A stretch of 64,000 nucleotides of DNA. Origin: Nibricoccus sp. Its GTDB lineage: Bacteria > Verrucomicrobiota > Verrucomicrobiia > Opitutales > Opitutaceae. Below the pieces are notes generated by a model. It did no database searches. It saw only the letters and a program-made list of their open reading frames with translations, and was not told the DNA's origin. The position numbers were made by a program, and so were the translations under genes. Positions 9,997-19,858 of the stretch are shown one piece after another. The stretch covers positions 5,024,001 to 5,088,000 of the forward strand of contig JASGHG010000001.1 of the NCBI GenBank assembly GCA_047602425.1, read 5' to 3'. Position 1 is the stretch's first letter. Every line of letters begins with the position of its first letter.

Positions 9997-10581
9997 TCAC
10001 TCGTAGTCGTACAGCTTCGGATCGCGCCGCAGCGGTCGCCGCCGGGCCTTGAAACGAAATTTCCCTTCCTTTGGCTCCGGTTTGTTTGCGTCGGGCATGG
10101 GCCCTTCTCCATAAGGATCGTCCATGCCGCCACCTTCGTCGGGAAATGCGCCGCCGAGTTCTTCTTCGAGTTTTTCGGGATCAGCGCCTTCTTCGAGTTT
10201 GCGCACGACTTCTTCCATTTCGCCGTCGATCTTTTCGCCGGTGAGCTCAGCCATGCGGCGCATCATGCGGCCCATTGCACGCGGATCGTTTTCGTCGACG
10301 TTGGCGAATTCGCCCTCCATCGCATTCATCGCCGCCTCCATGCGCGCGTCTTCGGCCGGATCGCCACTGCCCGCGTCGGCGGCTCCAGGCATATTTTCGT
10401 TCGCTTCAGCGTCGCCCGACTTCTTGCCGCTCGTTTTCACCGCGAAGGCCGAGACGGTTTTTTGCATGCGAAACTTCGGATTATCCGGACATTTCGGGAC
10501 GAGTTTTCCCTGCGCGAGGGTCTTCGCGAAAAACTGGTAGATCGTATTGTTGTCGGGACAATAGTACTCGTAGATCGGCAT
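9997..10581 (-). CDS. FmdB-family zinc-ribbon-like regulatory protein
   Basis: N-terminus [11 protein letters not shown]...PKCPDNP; acidic helical C-terminus; true start 10581, not 11331. Confidence 0.8.
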   Translation of the reverse strand: MPIYEYYCPDNNTIYQFFAKTLAQGKLVPKCPDNPKFRMQKTVSAFAVKTSGKKSGDAEANENMPGAADAGSGDPAEDARMEAAMNAMEGEFANVDENDPRAMGRMMRRMAELTGEKIDGEMEEVVRKLEEGADPEKLEEELGGAFPDEGGGMDDPYGEGPMPDANKPEPKEGKFRFKARRRPLRRDPKLYDYE

Positions 10582-10699
10582 AAGCGTTTTCCTGTTTATG
10601 ACTCCCGCCGTTTTGCGCAAGCGCGTCGGTGCAGTCCGTGGACTTGACGCATTTGCTAGGTTGCCTTCATCACGCATCGCATCAGGTTGTTTCATTCTC

Positions 10700-12151
10700 A
10701 TGTCCAACGACGCTCCTATTCCTGTCACCGTCCTCACCGGCTTCCTCGGCGCCGGCAAAACCACGCTGCTCAATCGCATCCTCACCGAACAACACGGGAA
10801 AAAACTCGCCGTCATCGAAAACGAATTCGGCGAGGTCGGCGTGGACAACCAGCTCGTTATCCAGAGCGACGAGGAACTTTTCGAAATGAACAACGGCTGC
10901 ATCTGCTGCAGCGTGCGCGGCGATCTCATCCGCATTCTAGGCCGCTTGATGAAGCGCAAGGACCGTCTCGATGGCATCCTCATCGAAACCACCGGCCTCG
11001 CCGACCCAGGCCCCGTGGCGCAGACGTTTTTCACCGACGACGAAATGCGCGCCAAGTTCCGTATCGACGGCATTGTCACCGTCGTCGACACCAAGCACAT
11101 TCTCCAACACATCGGCGATTCGCCCGAGGCGCAGAAACAGATCGCCTTCGCCGACGTCATCATCCTCAACAAAACCGATCTCGTCTCCCCCGCCGATTTC
11201 GATCGGCTCGAAGCGCGTATCAAGAAAATGAATGCGGCGGCCAAAATCCACCGCGCGCAAAATGCCAACGTTCCGCTCGACGCCGTGCTCAATGTCGGCG
11301 GTTTCAATCTCTCCCGCGCCACCGAACTCAATCCCGCGTTTCTCGAACCCGAATATCCATTCGAATGGGCCGGCGTTTATCCGTTGCCCGCCGGCACGCA
11401 CGAACTCGTCATCGGCCACTGCCACCACGATCACGAGGAAGGCGAACACGATTGCGGCCATGATCACGCCCACGAAGGACATGACCATGAACACGGTCAC
11501 GACCACGAAGGCCACGAGCACCACCATCATCACGGCAATCCCGACGAACTCGACGTTGTCGTGATGCCCTTAAAATCGCTCGACGAAAAAGACATCGCCA
11601 CCGCCCGCGACGCCGCCGTTGTGACGTTCTCCGACTGGGAAAACAAAGTGAAAGACGGCGAAGCTTTCCAACCCGGCGGCACGCTTCAACGCCTGCTCCT
11701 CAAAGACGGCCATGGCCATTACAAACTGGAGATCAAACAACCCGGTAACTTCCTGGTGTTTGAAGGTTGCGGCGAAGACCCGCTGCATATCCACGTCGCC
11801 GGCGACACGGTGAAACCGGTCTGGCAAAAAGATTTTCAACACACGCATTCCCACGAAGACGCCGTGTCCTCCGTCGGGATCAGCGAGCCCGGCGACCTCG
11901 ACGGCAAGCGTCTCAACGACTGGATCAGTCGATTGCTTCGCGAAAAAGGCGGCGACATCTATCGCATGAAAGGCGTGCTCTCCGTCAAAGGTTCGAACAA
12001 ACGCCTCGTCTTCCAAGGCGTACACATGCTCTTCGACGCCAAATTCGACCGCGAGTGGAACGGTGCCGCCCGAACCAATACCTTGGTTTTCATCGGCAAA
12101 AACCTCGACCGCTCCGCCCTCACCGAAGGCTTCAAAGCCTGCATGGTCTGA
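10700..12151 (+). CDS. CobW/COG0523 metallochaperone GTPase with His-rich insert
   Basis: [33 protein letters not shown]-terminal IYRMKG...FQGVH...LVFIG. Confidence 0.93.
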   Translation: MSNDAPIPVTVLTGFLGAGKTTLLNRILTEQHGKKLAVIENEFGEVGVDNQLVIQSDEELFEMNNGCICCSVRGDLIRILGRLMKRKDRLDGILIETTGLADPGPVAQTFFTDDEMRAKFRIDGIVTVVDTKHILQHIGDSPEAQKQIAFADVIILNKTDLVSPADFDRLEARIKKMNAAAKIHRAQNANVPLDAVLNVGGFNLSRATELNPAFLEPEYPFEWAGVYPLPAGTHELVIGHCHHDHEEGEHDCGHDHAHEGHDHEHGHDHEGHEHHHHHGNPDELDVVVMPLKSLDEKDIATARDAAVVTFSDWENKVKDGEAFQPGGTLQRLLLKDGHGHYKLEIKQPGNFLVFEGCGEDPLHIHVAGDTVKPVWQKDFQHTHSHEDAVSSVGISEPGDLDGKRLNDWISRLLREKGGDIYRMKGVLSVKGSNKRLVFQGVHMLFDAKFDREWNGAARTNTLVFIGKNLDRSALTEGFKACMV

Positions 12152-12234
12152 GCCTATTTCAACTGAGATGAAGGCTGCCGCGCCTTCGTTGCTGTATTTG
12201 AAAATCGAACCCATGGGCTCCTCAAACGCCACCC

Positions 12235-12675
12235 ATGCCTAAACGCAGCCATAGTCGGCCCAAGAGTTCAACGGGTCCAGCCTTCGGCACCGCCAAGCCC
12301 TTGCATCCTCACGCTTGGCTCTGGGAGCCGGTTGAACAGGAGCCAACCTTTGTCCTCCGCACGATGTTTGGCGCCAAAGCCGTTTATCTCCACGGGCTGA
12401 TGATGCTCTGTTTCACCGCGAGCAAGGAACCTTGGCGCGGCCTGCTCGTCTGCACCGACCGCGAGCGTCAACCCGCGTTGATCGCCGAGTTTCCTTCGCT
12501 CGTTCCTCACTCCATTTTGCCGAAATGGTTATACCTGGCAGAAAGTTCGTCTGATTTCGAGACAACCGCCGCCATACTCGTCCGTCTCGCCCGTCAGCGC
12601 GATCCACGGATCGGCATCATTCCACAAGCGAAGAAACGCGCAAAACGGCTCACAAAGTCACGTCAGGAGAAATAG
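12235..12675 (+). CDS. Hypothetical protein, TfoX-N-like
   Basis: LRTMFGAKAVYLHG resembles the TfoX N-terminal MFG motif; HSILPKWLYL. Confidence 0.6.
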   Translation: MPKRSHSRPKSSTGPAFGTAKPLHPHAWLWEPVEQEPTFVLRTMFGAKAVYLHGLMMLCFTASKEPWRGLLVCTDRERQPALIAEFPSLVPHSILPKWLYLAESSSDFETTAAILVRLARQRDPRIGIIPQAKKRAKRLTKSRQEK

Positions 12676-12692
12676 CTTTTGATCTGGTCCAA

Positions 12693-13496
12693 CTACTGAA
12701 CCGATTTGAGCACGCTCAGCATTTCGGGGTGAATCCGGCCGTTGCTCGCCACGTAGCGGCCGCGGTCTTGGTGCTGGGGATTTGATCCCCCTTGATAGTC
12801 CGTTACCGTACCGCCTGCTTCGCGCACGAGGAGTACTCCGGCCATGACATCCCATGGTTTGAGGTCTTTTTCCCAATAACCGTCGAGCCGGCCCGCCGCG
12901 ATGTAGGCGAGATCCAGCGCCGCCGAACCGAGCCGGCGCTCGCCACGAATTTTCACGAGAAATGCTGCCCATTCCTTCAGGTTGTTGTCGGGATTGGTGT
13001 GTTTGTCGTAGGGAAAACCGCTCGTTACCACGGCATCGATCAGTTCGGCCGTCTGTGTCACGCGCAGCGGTTGCCCATTGAGTTGTGCGCCCCCGCCACG
13101 GATCGCGGTGAAAAGTTCCCGGCGCGTCGGGTCGTAAATCACGCCGAGCAACGGCTGCCGGTCCGGCGTGGTGAGCGCGATGCTGGTGCAGAAATGCGGA
13201 AGCTTGCTCGCAAAGTTCACGGTGCCGTCGATTGGGTCGACGAACCATTGGTAAGAGGCTATTGCCAACGACGCCCCTTGCCCTCCGCCTTCCTCGCCGA
13301 CGATGTGATGATCGGGAAATTTCTTCAGCAATTCGCGCACAATAAAGGCCTCGGCCTCCGTGTCGGCCGCCGTCACAATATCGATGCGACTGCTTTTCAG
13401 CGCGGTCGGGATCGGCGCCGCAAAATGGCGCATGATAATCTCGCCCGCACCGCGGGCGATTGTGGCAACGTCATCGAGAATTTCGTTCAACTGCAT
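12693..13496 (-). CDS. Inositol monophosphatase (SuhB-like)
   Basis: DIVTAAD, GEE, WFVDPIDGTVNF, RRLGSAALDLAYIAAGRLDGYWE, PWDVMAG. Confidence 0.92.
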   Translation of the reverse strand: MQLNEILDDVATIARGAGEIIMRHFAAPIPTALKSSRIDIVTAADTEAEAFIVRELLKKFPDHHIVGEEGGGQGASLAIASYQWFVDPIDGTVNFASKLPHFCTSIALTTPDRQPLLGVIYDPTRRELFTAIRGGGAQLNGQPLRVTQTAELIDAVVTSGFPYDKHTNPDNNLKEWAAFLVKIRGERRLGSAALDLAYIAAGRLDGYWEKDLKPWDVMAGVLLVREAGGTVTDYQGGSNPQHQDRGRYVASNGRIHPEMLSVLKSVQ

Positions 13497-13655
13497 GCCG
13501 ACAGCTTCGCGGCTCGCCGGCCGGCCGACCATACAAATAACGACGTCCCGATTTTGTTATGCCACGGCGGGAAACTGCAGGCACCGAGTCCGCATTTTCC
13601 GTCGCGGACCCTGAGGCCTACGGCGTAACATTCCCAAAATCCTACTTCGGCAACT

Positions 13656-14108
13656 TCAATTCGGAATCTCCGGCTCGACGAGCTTCGCCAGTTGCTCGAG
13701 CGATTCCTGCCAACCGAGGTAACACATTTCGGCCGGGATGACGGCCGGCACGCCGGCCTGTTCGATATTCAATTCGGTTCCGCACATCACCTTCTTCAGA
13801 TTGACGGTCACCGTGATGACGCCCGGCAAATTCGGGTCGTCGAATTTGTCTGTGTAGCGAAGACGTTCGTTGGGCACCAACTCAAGGTATTCACCGCCGA
13901 ACGAATGGCCTTTGCCTGAGCCAAAATTGATAAACGACATTCTGAAGGTGCCGCCGACCTTGGGCTCAAAATGATGAACTTTGCAGAGGAAGCCATACGG
14001 CGGAATCCAGCGGGCCATCGCGTCGGGATCGAGAAACGCGCGATAAACTTTTTCCGGTGACGAACGCAGTACGCGATGCAGGCGAATGGTATTGGTGGAG
14101 GTAGACAT
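13656..14108 (-). CDS. SRPBCC/AHSA1-like START domain protein
   Basis: RLHRVLRSSPEKVYRAFLDP, GGEYLELVPNERLRYTD, GWQESLEQL. Confidence 0.9.
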   Translation of the reverse strand: MSTSTNTIRLHRVLRSSPEKVYRAFLDPDAMARWIPPYGFLCKVHHFEPKVGGTFRMSFINFGSGKGHSFGGEYLELVPNERLRYTDKFDDPNLPGVITVTVNLKKVMCGTELNIEQAGVPAVIPAEMCYLGWQESLEQLAKLVEPEIPN

Positions 14109-14472
14109 GACTTTTTTCCTTTAGGTATTTGTACGATGTTGAGTGATTTCAAATTCTCAACGAACGACACCGTTTCGTTCGGACATCGCGGCTGCATTTC
14201 CTTAAAAACGCCATTTTTCGCCATCCGCTCAGCCATCCGTCGCAACCGTCAATTTTGCCCAAACTCACTCTTTGCAACTGCTACGTATCGCCAAATAGGA
14301 GGGCGCTGACAAACGCGGTCGGCCTGCAAAAAATATCACAGCCCGCACACTGGTTTTTCCTTCATGATCGCATCCAACCTTTCCGACTGTCCTTTAATAG
14401 CTTAACGCCGTTTGCTCGCGGCTGAATATCGAGGTTTTTCACACAAGTTTGGACGCTCGGTGTCGATATTGA

Positions 14473-17400
14473 ATGCACCCAGCTGTTCACGTGATCATTC
14501 AAGCTTCTTCACCTCCGCGCGCGCTCCGTGTTTCCGGTCGGGTGTTATTCCTTTTTTTTGCTGCGGTGCTCAACAGCGCGTTTCTCCACGCCGCTGAAGA
14601 ACCGACGAAGTCTTCATCCACTGCATTGATCCAAAATTCCCCGGCTTCCTCCGGGCAGGCGCTTACTCAGGACACCGTGGTTTCTTCCAGCAGCGAACAG
14701 GAATCGCTGACGACGACCGCGGCCATTCGCCTCGAACCGGCGCAACCGAAAATCATCAAGACGGTCGCGTTGCGCGGCGTCGTCACCTTCGTCCACCCGG
14801 AGCGCGCGACATTTTATTTAAACGATGCCACCGGCGGCGTCGCCGTGGCCCTCGCGGATGAGCGCCTTTCGCTTCCCGCGGTCGGAGAGCAATTGACGCT
14901 GTCGGGAACAACCGCTCCGGGCACGCTGTTTCCAGTCGTGCGAGCCAACGCGATCAAAAAGGAAGGAGGCACGGACCTGCCCGTGGCGAAAAAAATCTCC
15001 TTTGCCCAAGGCATGTCGGGCACGGAGGAAGCCCAATGGGTTTCGATTTCCGGACAATTGCTGCGCAACGAAGCGCTGGGAGCGTGGCAACGCCTGACCC
15101 TCGCCACGCCCGAAGGGGAATTCACCGTGAGCATCCTCTCGTCGAAACAACATCCCTCGGCCCCGGGCACCAATCTCAACGTTCGCGGCGTATGCACCGT
15201 CTGGACCCAACGTGGTTCGGGAAAAATTGGCGGTTTCTTCCTGTTTTGCCCGTCTCTGTCCGACGCACGGACGATCACCGCCGGCACCACCGGCCCCTCC
15301 GTGTTCATTCGCGCCCGGCAGGTGCAGGGGCTGCGCGCGGAAGAGGCTCAAGCGGGACAGCCGGTAAGCTTGCGCGGCGTGGTCACCTTCACCCACCCCG
15401 ACCAGCATGTCTTTTACCTCAACGATTCGACGGGCGGCGTGCTCGTCTGGACCGCTGATCCGAAAACTCCCCTGCCCTCGATTGGAGAAACGGTCGCCGT
15501 GACCGGCGTGTCGAGCCGCGGCACCGTCATGGCCAGCGTACGCGCGGACAAAATCGAACCAACCGGCGCGCAGGCACTGCCCACGCCGCGTTCGATCAGT
15601 CTGGAACAGGCTATGACCGGCTCGGAGGACGGCCAGTGGGTGGAAATGTACGGGCATCTGCGACAGATTGATGTCGCTGGCACTTGGTTGCGCATGAATC
15701 TGACCGCCGCGGCCGGGGAATTCACCGTGAGCATTCCGCGCGCCTCGGCGACGGACCTGAAAGTTGGCACCTACGTGTTGGTTCGTGGCGTTTGTCAGGC
15801 CTGGTTGGACAAAAACCAGAAGATCGGCGGCGTCTTTCTCTACACGCCCACGCTGGACGACCTCAAAGTCGCGGAGGCTCCGCCGGCCGATCCTTTCGAC
15901 GTGCCCGAAGACACCATTGCCAACCTTCCGCTTTATCGCACGCAAACGCTGCAACGTCTCCAGGTCCGGATCAGCGGCACCGTTTTATACCACGCTCCTG
16001 GCCGCTATCTGGTGGTTGAAAACGACTCCGGAGTCGTCCGGGCTTTCGCGCGTGACGAAACGCCCGTCGTCCCGGGCGATCGCGTCGATGTCGCAGGCAT
16101 TCCCGGGCGCTTGGGAAATCTTTCCGTGTTGCGCGGCGCCGTCTTCCGCCGAGTGGCCACGGGTCCAGCGCCACAGCCTCTCGATCTTGCCGGCAGGTGG
16201 GATGTGAATCCGAGCTTGGAAGGCCGTCTTGTCACAACCAGTGGACAGTTGCTAAACGTCCTCGCCGCCGCCGGCGACACGCGCCTGCTTCTGCAAACCG
16301 CACAACCGATGTTGGAGCTCGTCCACCGGGGTCCGCTGCCGGCCCAACATGTCGCGGCCTGGCCGGTCGGCAGCACGCTCAAAATCACCGGGCTCTACTG
16401 CGTCGAATACGACGAGAACGATCGGCCCATCCGTTTTTCCATTCAGTTGCGCTCGCCGGCCGACGTTGTTGTGCAAGAGCGCGCGCCGTGGTGGACGATT
16501 CGCCGCGCGCTGATCAGCCTGGCGTTGATCGCCACCTGCCTCGTCCTCGGGTTGACCTGGGTCTTCGCCCTGCGTCGGCGTGTGCGACAACAAACCGTCG
16601 TGATCCGCGCTCAGTTGGAAAAAGAGGCCAACCTCGAAGCCCAGCATCGCCAGATTATTGAAAACGCGAGCGATCTGATTTTCACAACCGATCTTCAGGG
16701 ACAATTCACTTCTTTCAACCCAGCTGGCGAACGCATCACCGGTTACACGCCCGCCGAAGCATTGAAGCTCCGCTTCGCCGATTTGCTCCCGCCCGAGGAT
16801 CTCGCCGCGGCGCAAATCTTCCTCTCCCTCGCCCAGCGCGGCGACGCAGAGCCCGATGCCCATTTTGAGACGCGCTTCCGCACCCGCGACGGTTCGTCGG
16901 TCTGGGTTGAAACCAGCGCCCGTCAAATTCGCGAGGCGGGCAAACTGACCGGCCTGCTCGGGATCTCCCGCAACATCAGCGAACGGAAACAGATGGAGGA
17001 GCAAAAACGGCGCCTCGACGCGCTGAGCCGCCATGTGCAGAAAAACGAAAGCCTTGGCCGCATGGCTTCCGCCATCGCGCACAATTTCAACAACCAGCTT
17101 CAATCGATCATCATGGGCTTGCAGGTGTCGCTCCACGAATTGCCCGTGACCTCCGAAATGGCCGGCATCCTCAATACTTCGCTCAATTCCGCCAACAAGG
17201 CGTCGCAGATCGGCAGTCTCATGCTCACGTACCTCGGTCAAACTCCGGGCAAGCTCAGCCTGATCGATCTTTCCGAAACCGCCCAAAAGAGCCTGCAACG
17301 GTTAAGGCTGTCTTTGCCAAAAACGATTCAGCTGGAAAGCAGTCTCGCCACCCCCGGCCCCGTCGTCGAGGGCGGCGCCGACCAGATCGAACAAATCCTT

Positions 17401-17775
17401 CCCAACCTCGTCGCCAACGCCGTGGAATCGTACAGCAACGCCCGTGGTATCGTCCGCATATCGGTCACCCAGGTCGCCGCGCAACACATCCCGGCTTCGC
17501 ATCGCTTCCCCGTCGACTCCGAACCACACGCCACCAGCTACGCGTGTCTCTCCGTCGCCGACGAGGGTTGCGGCATCTCCGAGGAAAGCCTTGGTGAAAT
17601 TTTCGATCCATTCTTTACCACCAAATTCCATGGCCGCGGCATGGGCCTGGCCGTCGTCATGGGCGTCGCGCGCGCCCACGATGGTTTGATCGTTGTGGAA
17701 AGTGCGCCCGGCCGCGGCAGCCACTTTCGCGTCTACCTCCCGCTGGCCGCTCCTGTCACTCTGCCCGCCATCTGA
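14473..17775 (+). CDS. Membrane sensor histidine kinase: repeated OB-like extracellular modules, TM helix, PAS, HisKA, HATPase
   Basis: PWWT...TM helix, PAS (IFTTDLQGQFTSFNPAGERITGY), H-box IAHNFNN, N-box NLVANA, DEGCG, IFDPFFTTK, GRGMGL; exact start uncertain. Confidence 0.9.
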   Translation: MHPAVHVIIQASSPPRALRVSGRVLFLFFAAVLNSAFLHAAEEPTKSSSTALIQNSPASSGQALTQDTVVSSSSEQESLTTTAAIRLEPAQPKIIKTVALRGVVTFVHPERATFYLNDATGGVAVALADERLSLPAVGEQLTLSGTTAPGTLFPVVRANAIKKEGGTDLPVAKKISFAQGMSGTEEAQWVSISGQLLRNEALGAWQRLTLATPEGEFTVSILSSKQHPSAPGTNLNVRGVCTVWTQRGSGKIGGFFLFCPSLSDARTITAGTTGPSVFIRARQVQGLRAEEAQAGQPVSLRGVVTFTHPDQHVFYLNDSTGGVLVWTADPKTPLPSIGETVAVTGVSSRGTVMASVRADKIEPTGAQALPTPRSISLEQAMTGSEDGQWVEMYGHLRQIDVAGTWLRMNLTAAAGEFTVSIPRASATDLKVGTYVLVRGVCQAWLDKNQKIGGVFLYTPTLDDLKVAEAPPADPFDVPEDTIANLPLYRTQTLQRLQVRISGTVLYHAPGRYLVVENDSGVVRAFARDETPVVPGDRVDVAGIPGRLGNLSVLRGAVFRRVATGPAPQPLDLAGRWDVNPSLEGRLVTTSGQLLNVLAAAGDTRLLLQTAQPMLELVHRGPLPAQHVAAWPVGSTLKITGLYCVEYDENDRPIRFSIQLRSPADVVVQERAPWWTIRRALISLALIATCLVLGLTWVFALRRRVRQQTVVIRAQLEKEANLEAQHRQIIENASDLIFTTDLQGQFTSFNPAGERITGYTPAEALKLRFADLLPPEDLAAAQIFLSLAQRGDAEPDAHFETRFRTRDGSSVWVETSARQIREAGKLTGLLGISRNISERKQMEEQKRRLDALSRHVQKNESLGRMASAIAHNFNNQLQSIIMGLQVSLHELPVTSEMAGILNTSLNSANKASQIGSLMLTYLGQTPGKLSLIDLSETAQKSLQRLRLSLPKTIQLESSLATPGPVVEGGADQIEQILPNLVANAVESYSNARGIVRISVTQVAAQHIPASHRFPVDSEPHATSYACLSVADEGCGISEESLGEIFDPFFTTKFHGRGMGLAVVMGVARAHDGLIVVESAPGRGSHFRVYLPLAAPVTLPAI

Positions 17776-17857
17776 CGTCTTCGCGCCTCACCCCTCGAAA
17801 AACCGCCGGCGATTTTTGCGCTCGCGCTCCTGTGAGCCGCGGCGTTTTTCATCAGGC

Positions 17858-18679
17858 ATGAAATCGCCCAACCGCATGCTCGTGCCCGATGCCGTTACGT
17901 GTGTCGCCTTGGGCTTGCGTGACGCCATTTCCCGGAAGCTCATTCTTTTTTCCATCGGACTCTGGTCCAGCGCCCTCGTTCTGTGGTGCATCGTTCTGGT
18001 TGCGGCTTGGAGCGCGATAAAATCCTTCGCCGGTCTCATCGCCGCGTGGATGTTGCTCGGGATTTTCTCGATTTTCCCAAATTGGCTGCCCGCGAGCGCC
18101 CAGGCCAAACTCGCTGGCGTCCCGCTGCCGGTCGGCGCCGAGGCTTTGCTCGGCCCGGTCTTTCACGGTGTCACGTGGTTCGTCCTGATGCTGCTGGTCG
18201 TCGCCGGCGTGACGATTACGGTGCGCATCGGCCTGGAGTTTTTCCTGATGCCGCTCATCCGCAGTCAAGTCCTCCGCTCCTACCCGCCTTTTCCGACACA
18301 CCCGACTTCCAGCCTTTTCACGCCCATCAAGAACGCCGCCAAGACCGCCACGCTCGTCATCGCCATCGGCCTGCCCTGCCTGTTGATCCCGGTCGCCAAT
18401 GTGGTGCTGCTCTTCATGCTTTTCGGCTACCTCAATGTCAGAACGCTCGTCAACGAAGCGCTCGACGGCCTGGCTTCGCCCGAGGAGCAGCGCCGCGTCA
18501 TTCAGATTGCCCGCTGGCGCATGGTTCTGGTCGGCTCGCTTCTCGCCGCCGCCGTCACCGTGCCGTTCGCAGGTTTCATCGCCGCGTCCTGGACCGGTGC
18601 GAGCACCTGCCACCTTTGCCTGCGCACACTGTTGAGTTTGCGCGAGAGTGGAACGACGGGCGTAACGGCCGAGGGCTGA
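17858..18679 (+). CDS. Integral membrane protein, possibly EI24/CysZ-like
   Basis: Several hydrophobic helices, LIPVAN...GYLNVR; start ATG 17858 or 17876. Confidence 0.65.
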   Translation: MKSPNRMLVPDAVTCVALGLRDAISRKLILFSIGLWSSALVLWCIVLVAAWSAIKSFAGLIAAWMLLGIFSIFPNWLPASAQAKLAGVPLPVGAEALLGPVFHGVTWFVLMLLVVAGVTITVRIGLEFFLMPLIRSQVLRSYPPFPTHPTSSLFTPIKNAAKTATLVIAIGLPCLLIPVANVVLLFMLFGYLNVRTLVNEALDGLASPEEQRRVIQIARWRMVLVGSLLAAAVTVPFAGFIAASWTGASTCHLCLRTLLSLRESGTTGVTAEG

Positions 18680-18711
18680 AGGCTCGGCCGCTCACTCGAG
18701 CAACAGGGATT

Positions 18712-19230
18712 TTACTTCTGAAGAAGTTTCTTCAGTTCTGGCAGCACCGTCGTAGGCGAGCGCCAGTCCTGGCCTTGGTCTTTGGCGATAAGTTCGTTCC
18801 CATCGGCATCGAGCACGATGAGATAAGGGATGCCGCGGGCGGCGTGCTTTCTCAGCAGAGCAAGACCACGCTCGTCGTATTTGAGCGCCAGCCAGGGCAT
18901 CTTGGCGCCGGACATGTATTCCTCCATCTGGGAGGCGGATTTGTCGCTGCTTACAAAGATGAGTTCGAACTTTGGATTCGCGGTTTTGTTTTCGTTGTAG
19001 AACTCCACGAGCTTCGGGGTGAAAGCGCGACAGGGCGGGCACCAATGCGCCGAATAGTAAATCGCGATGAGTTCCTTGCCCGCGAGCGCGTCGCCGGCGG
19101 CAGCGGCCACTTTGTCATCGGAAAGGCGAACGAGTTTACCCTTCGTGGCGTCGGCAATCTGGCCGGCACTGACTTGGGAAACGATGGCGAAAAACGCAGA
19201 GAATATGGCGATCGATTTCAAGAATTTCAT
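18712..19230 (-). CDS. Exported tryparedoxin/nucleoredoxin-like thioredoxin
   Basis: Signal peptide, YYSAHWCPPCRAFTPKL, FELIFVSSD, MPW, GIPYL. Confidence 0.92.
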   Translation of the reverse strand: MKFLKSIAIFSAFFAIVSQVSAGQIADATKGKLVRLSDDKVAAAAGDALAGKELIAIYYSAHWCPPCRAFTPKLVEFYNENKTANPKFELIFVSSDKSASQMEEYMSGAKMPWLALKYDERGLALLRKHAARGIPYLIVLDADGNELIAKDQGQDWRSPTTVLPELKKLLQK

Positions 19231-19338
19231 GGGCAACAGGGTTTTCGATTGAGGATGAACAGCCCAGACAAGATGACGAAAAAACCGCCCCGTGCAATCA
19301 CTGCTCCGCACGAGCGTTGTTTCGGACAAATGCTCATT

Positions 19339-19407
19339 GGCGGAGCGGCTTGACCCAAGACGCTGGTTTGAAAAGCGCGAAGTCGAACCAACGCGCTTCA
19401 CCTCGGA
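19339..19407. repeat. GTGG-type REP-like element (family A)
   Basis: GGAGCGGCTTGACCCAAGACGCTGGTTTGAAAA...GTCGAACCAACGCG; near-identical copies at 33014, 34980 and 38110. Confidence 0.85.
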
Positions 19408-19416
19408 AATCGATCC

Positions 19417-19730
19417 TCCAACACATCAGTGTACATGAGTGATTCTAAGTGGTTAAAAAAAATCCGTCCGCACCTCCTCATTAGCGCCCATTAGCACAAA
19501 TGAGCGGTTTACCCCTTCCGTCGCTCCACCGAAAGGCGCAGCGTAAAGCCAGTCCCAAGCGTCGCGCGATCCACCTGGGTAGAATTCTCATTCCTTTCCA
19601 ATACATCAGTGTGCATGAGTGATTCTAAGTGGTTAAAAAAATTCGCCCGCCCTTCCTCATTAGCGTCCATTAGCGCAAATGAGCGGTCTACCCCTTCTAT
19701 CGTTTCACCGAAAGGCGCAGCGTAAAGCCA
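19417..19730. repeat. Tandem duplication (180-nt period) of a composite REP module
   Basis: ACATCAGTGT.CATGAGTGATTCTAAGTGGTTAAAAAA...CATTAGCG.CCATTAGC.CAAATGAGCGGT...CCGAAAGGCGCAGCGTAAAGCCA at 19423 and 19603. Confidence 0.92.
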
Positions 19731-19858
19731 CCACCCGTCGCTTAGGCCACAGCACCAGTTCGGTTAGTGCGAAAAATGTGCAAAAGCGTGCCTAATGTTA
19801 CTGAGTATTTACACTAATCGCTCTTGCGCGCGGATGCTTCACGCCGAACCGTAGCGGC

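Noticed and set aside
10582..11331. N-terminal extension of the 444-aa ORF 9997..11331
   Set aside because: Overlaps cobW in antisense; the FmdB-type protein starts at MPIYEY (10581).
14155..14190. ECF-type promoter motif (TGTCCG...TTCGTT on the minus strand) before the SRPBCC gene
   Set aside because: Only a loose resemblance in a single instance; not distinguishable from chance without a genome-wide scan.
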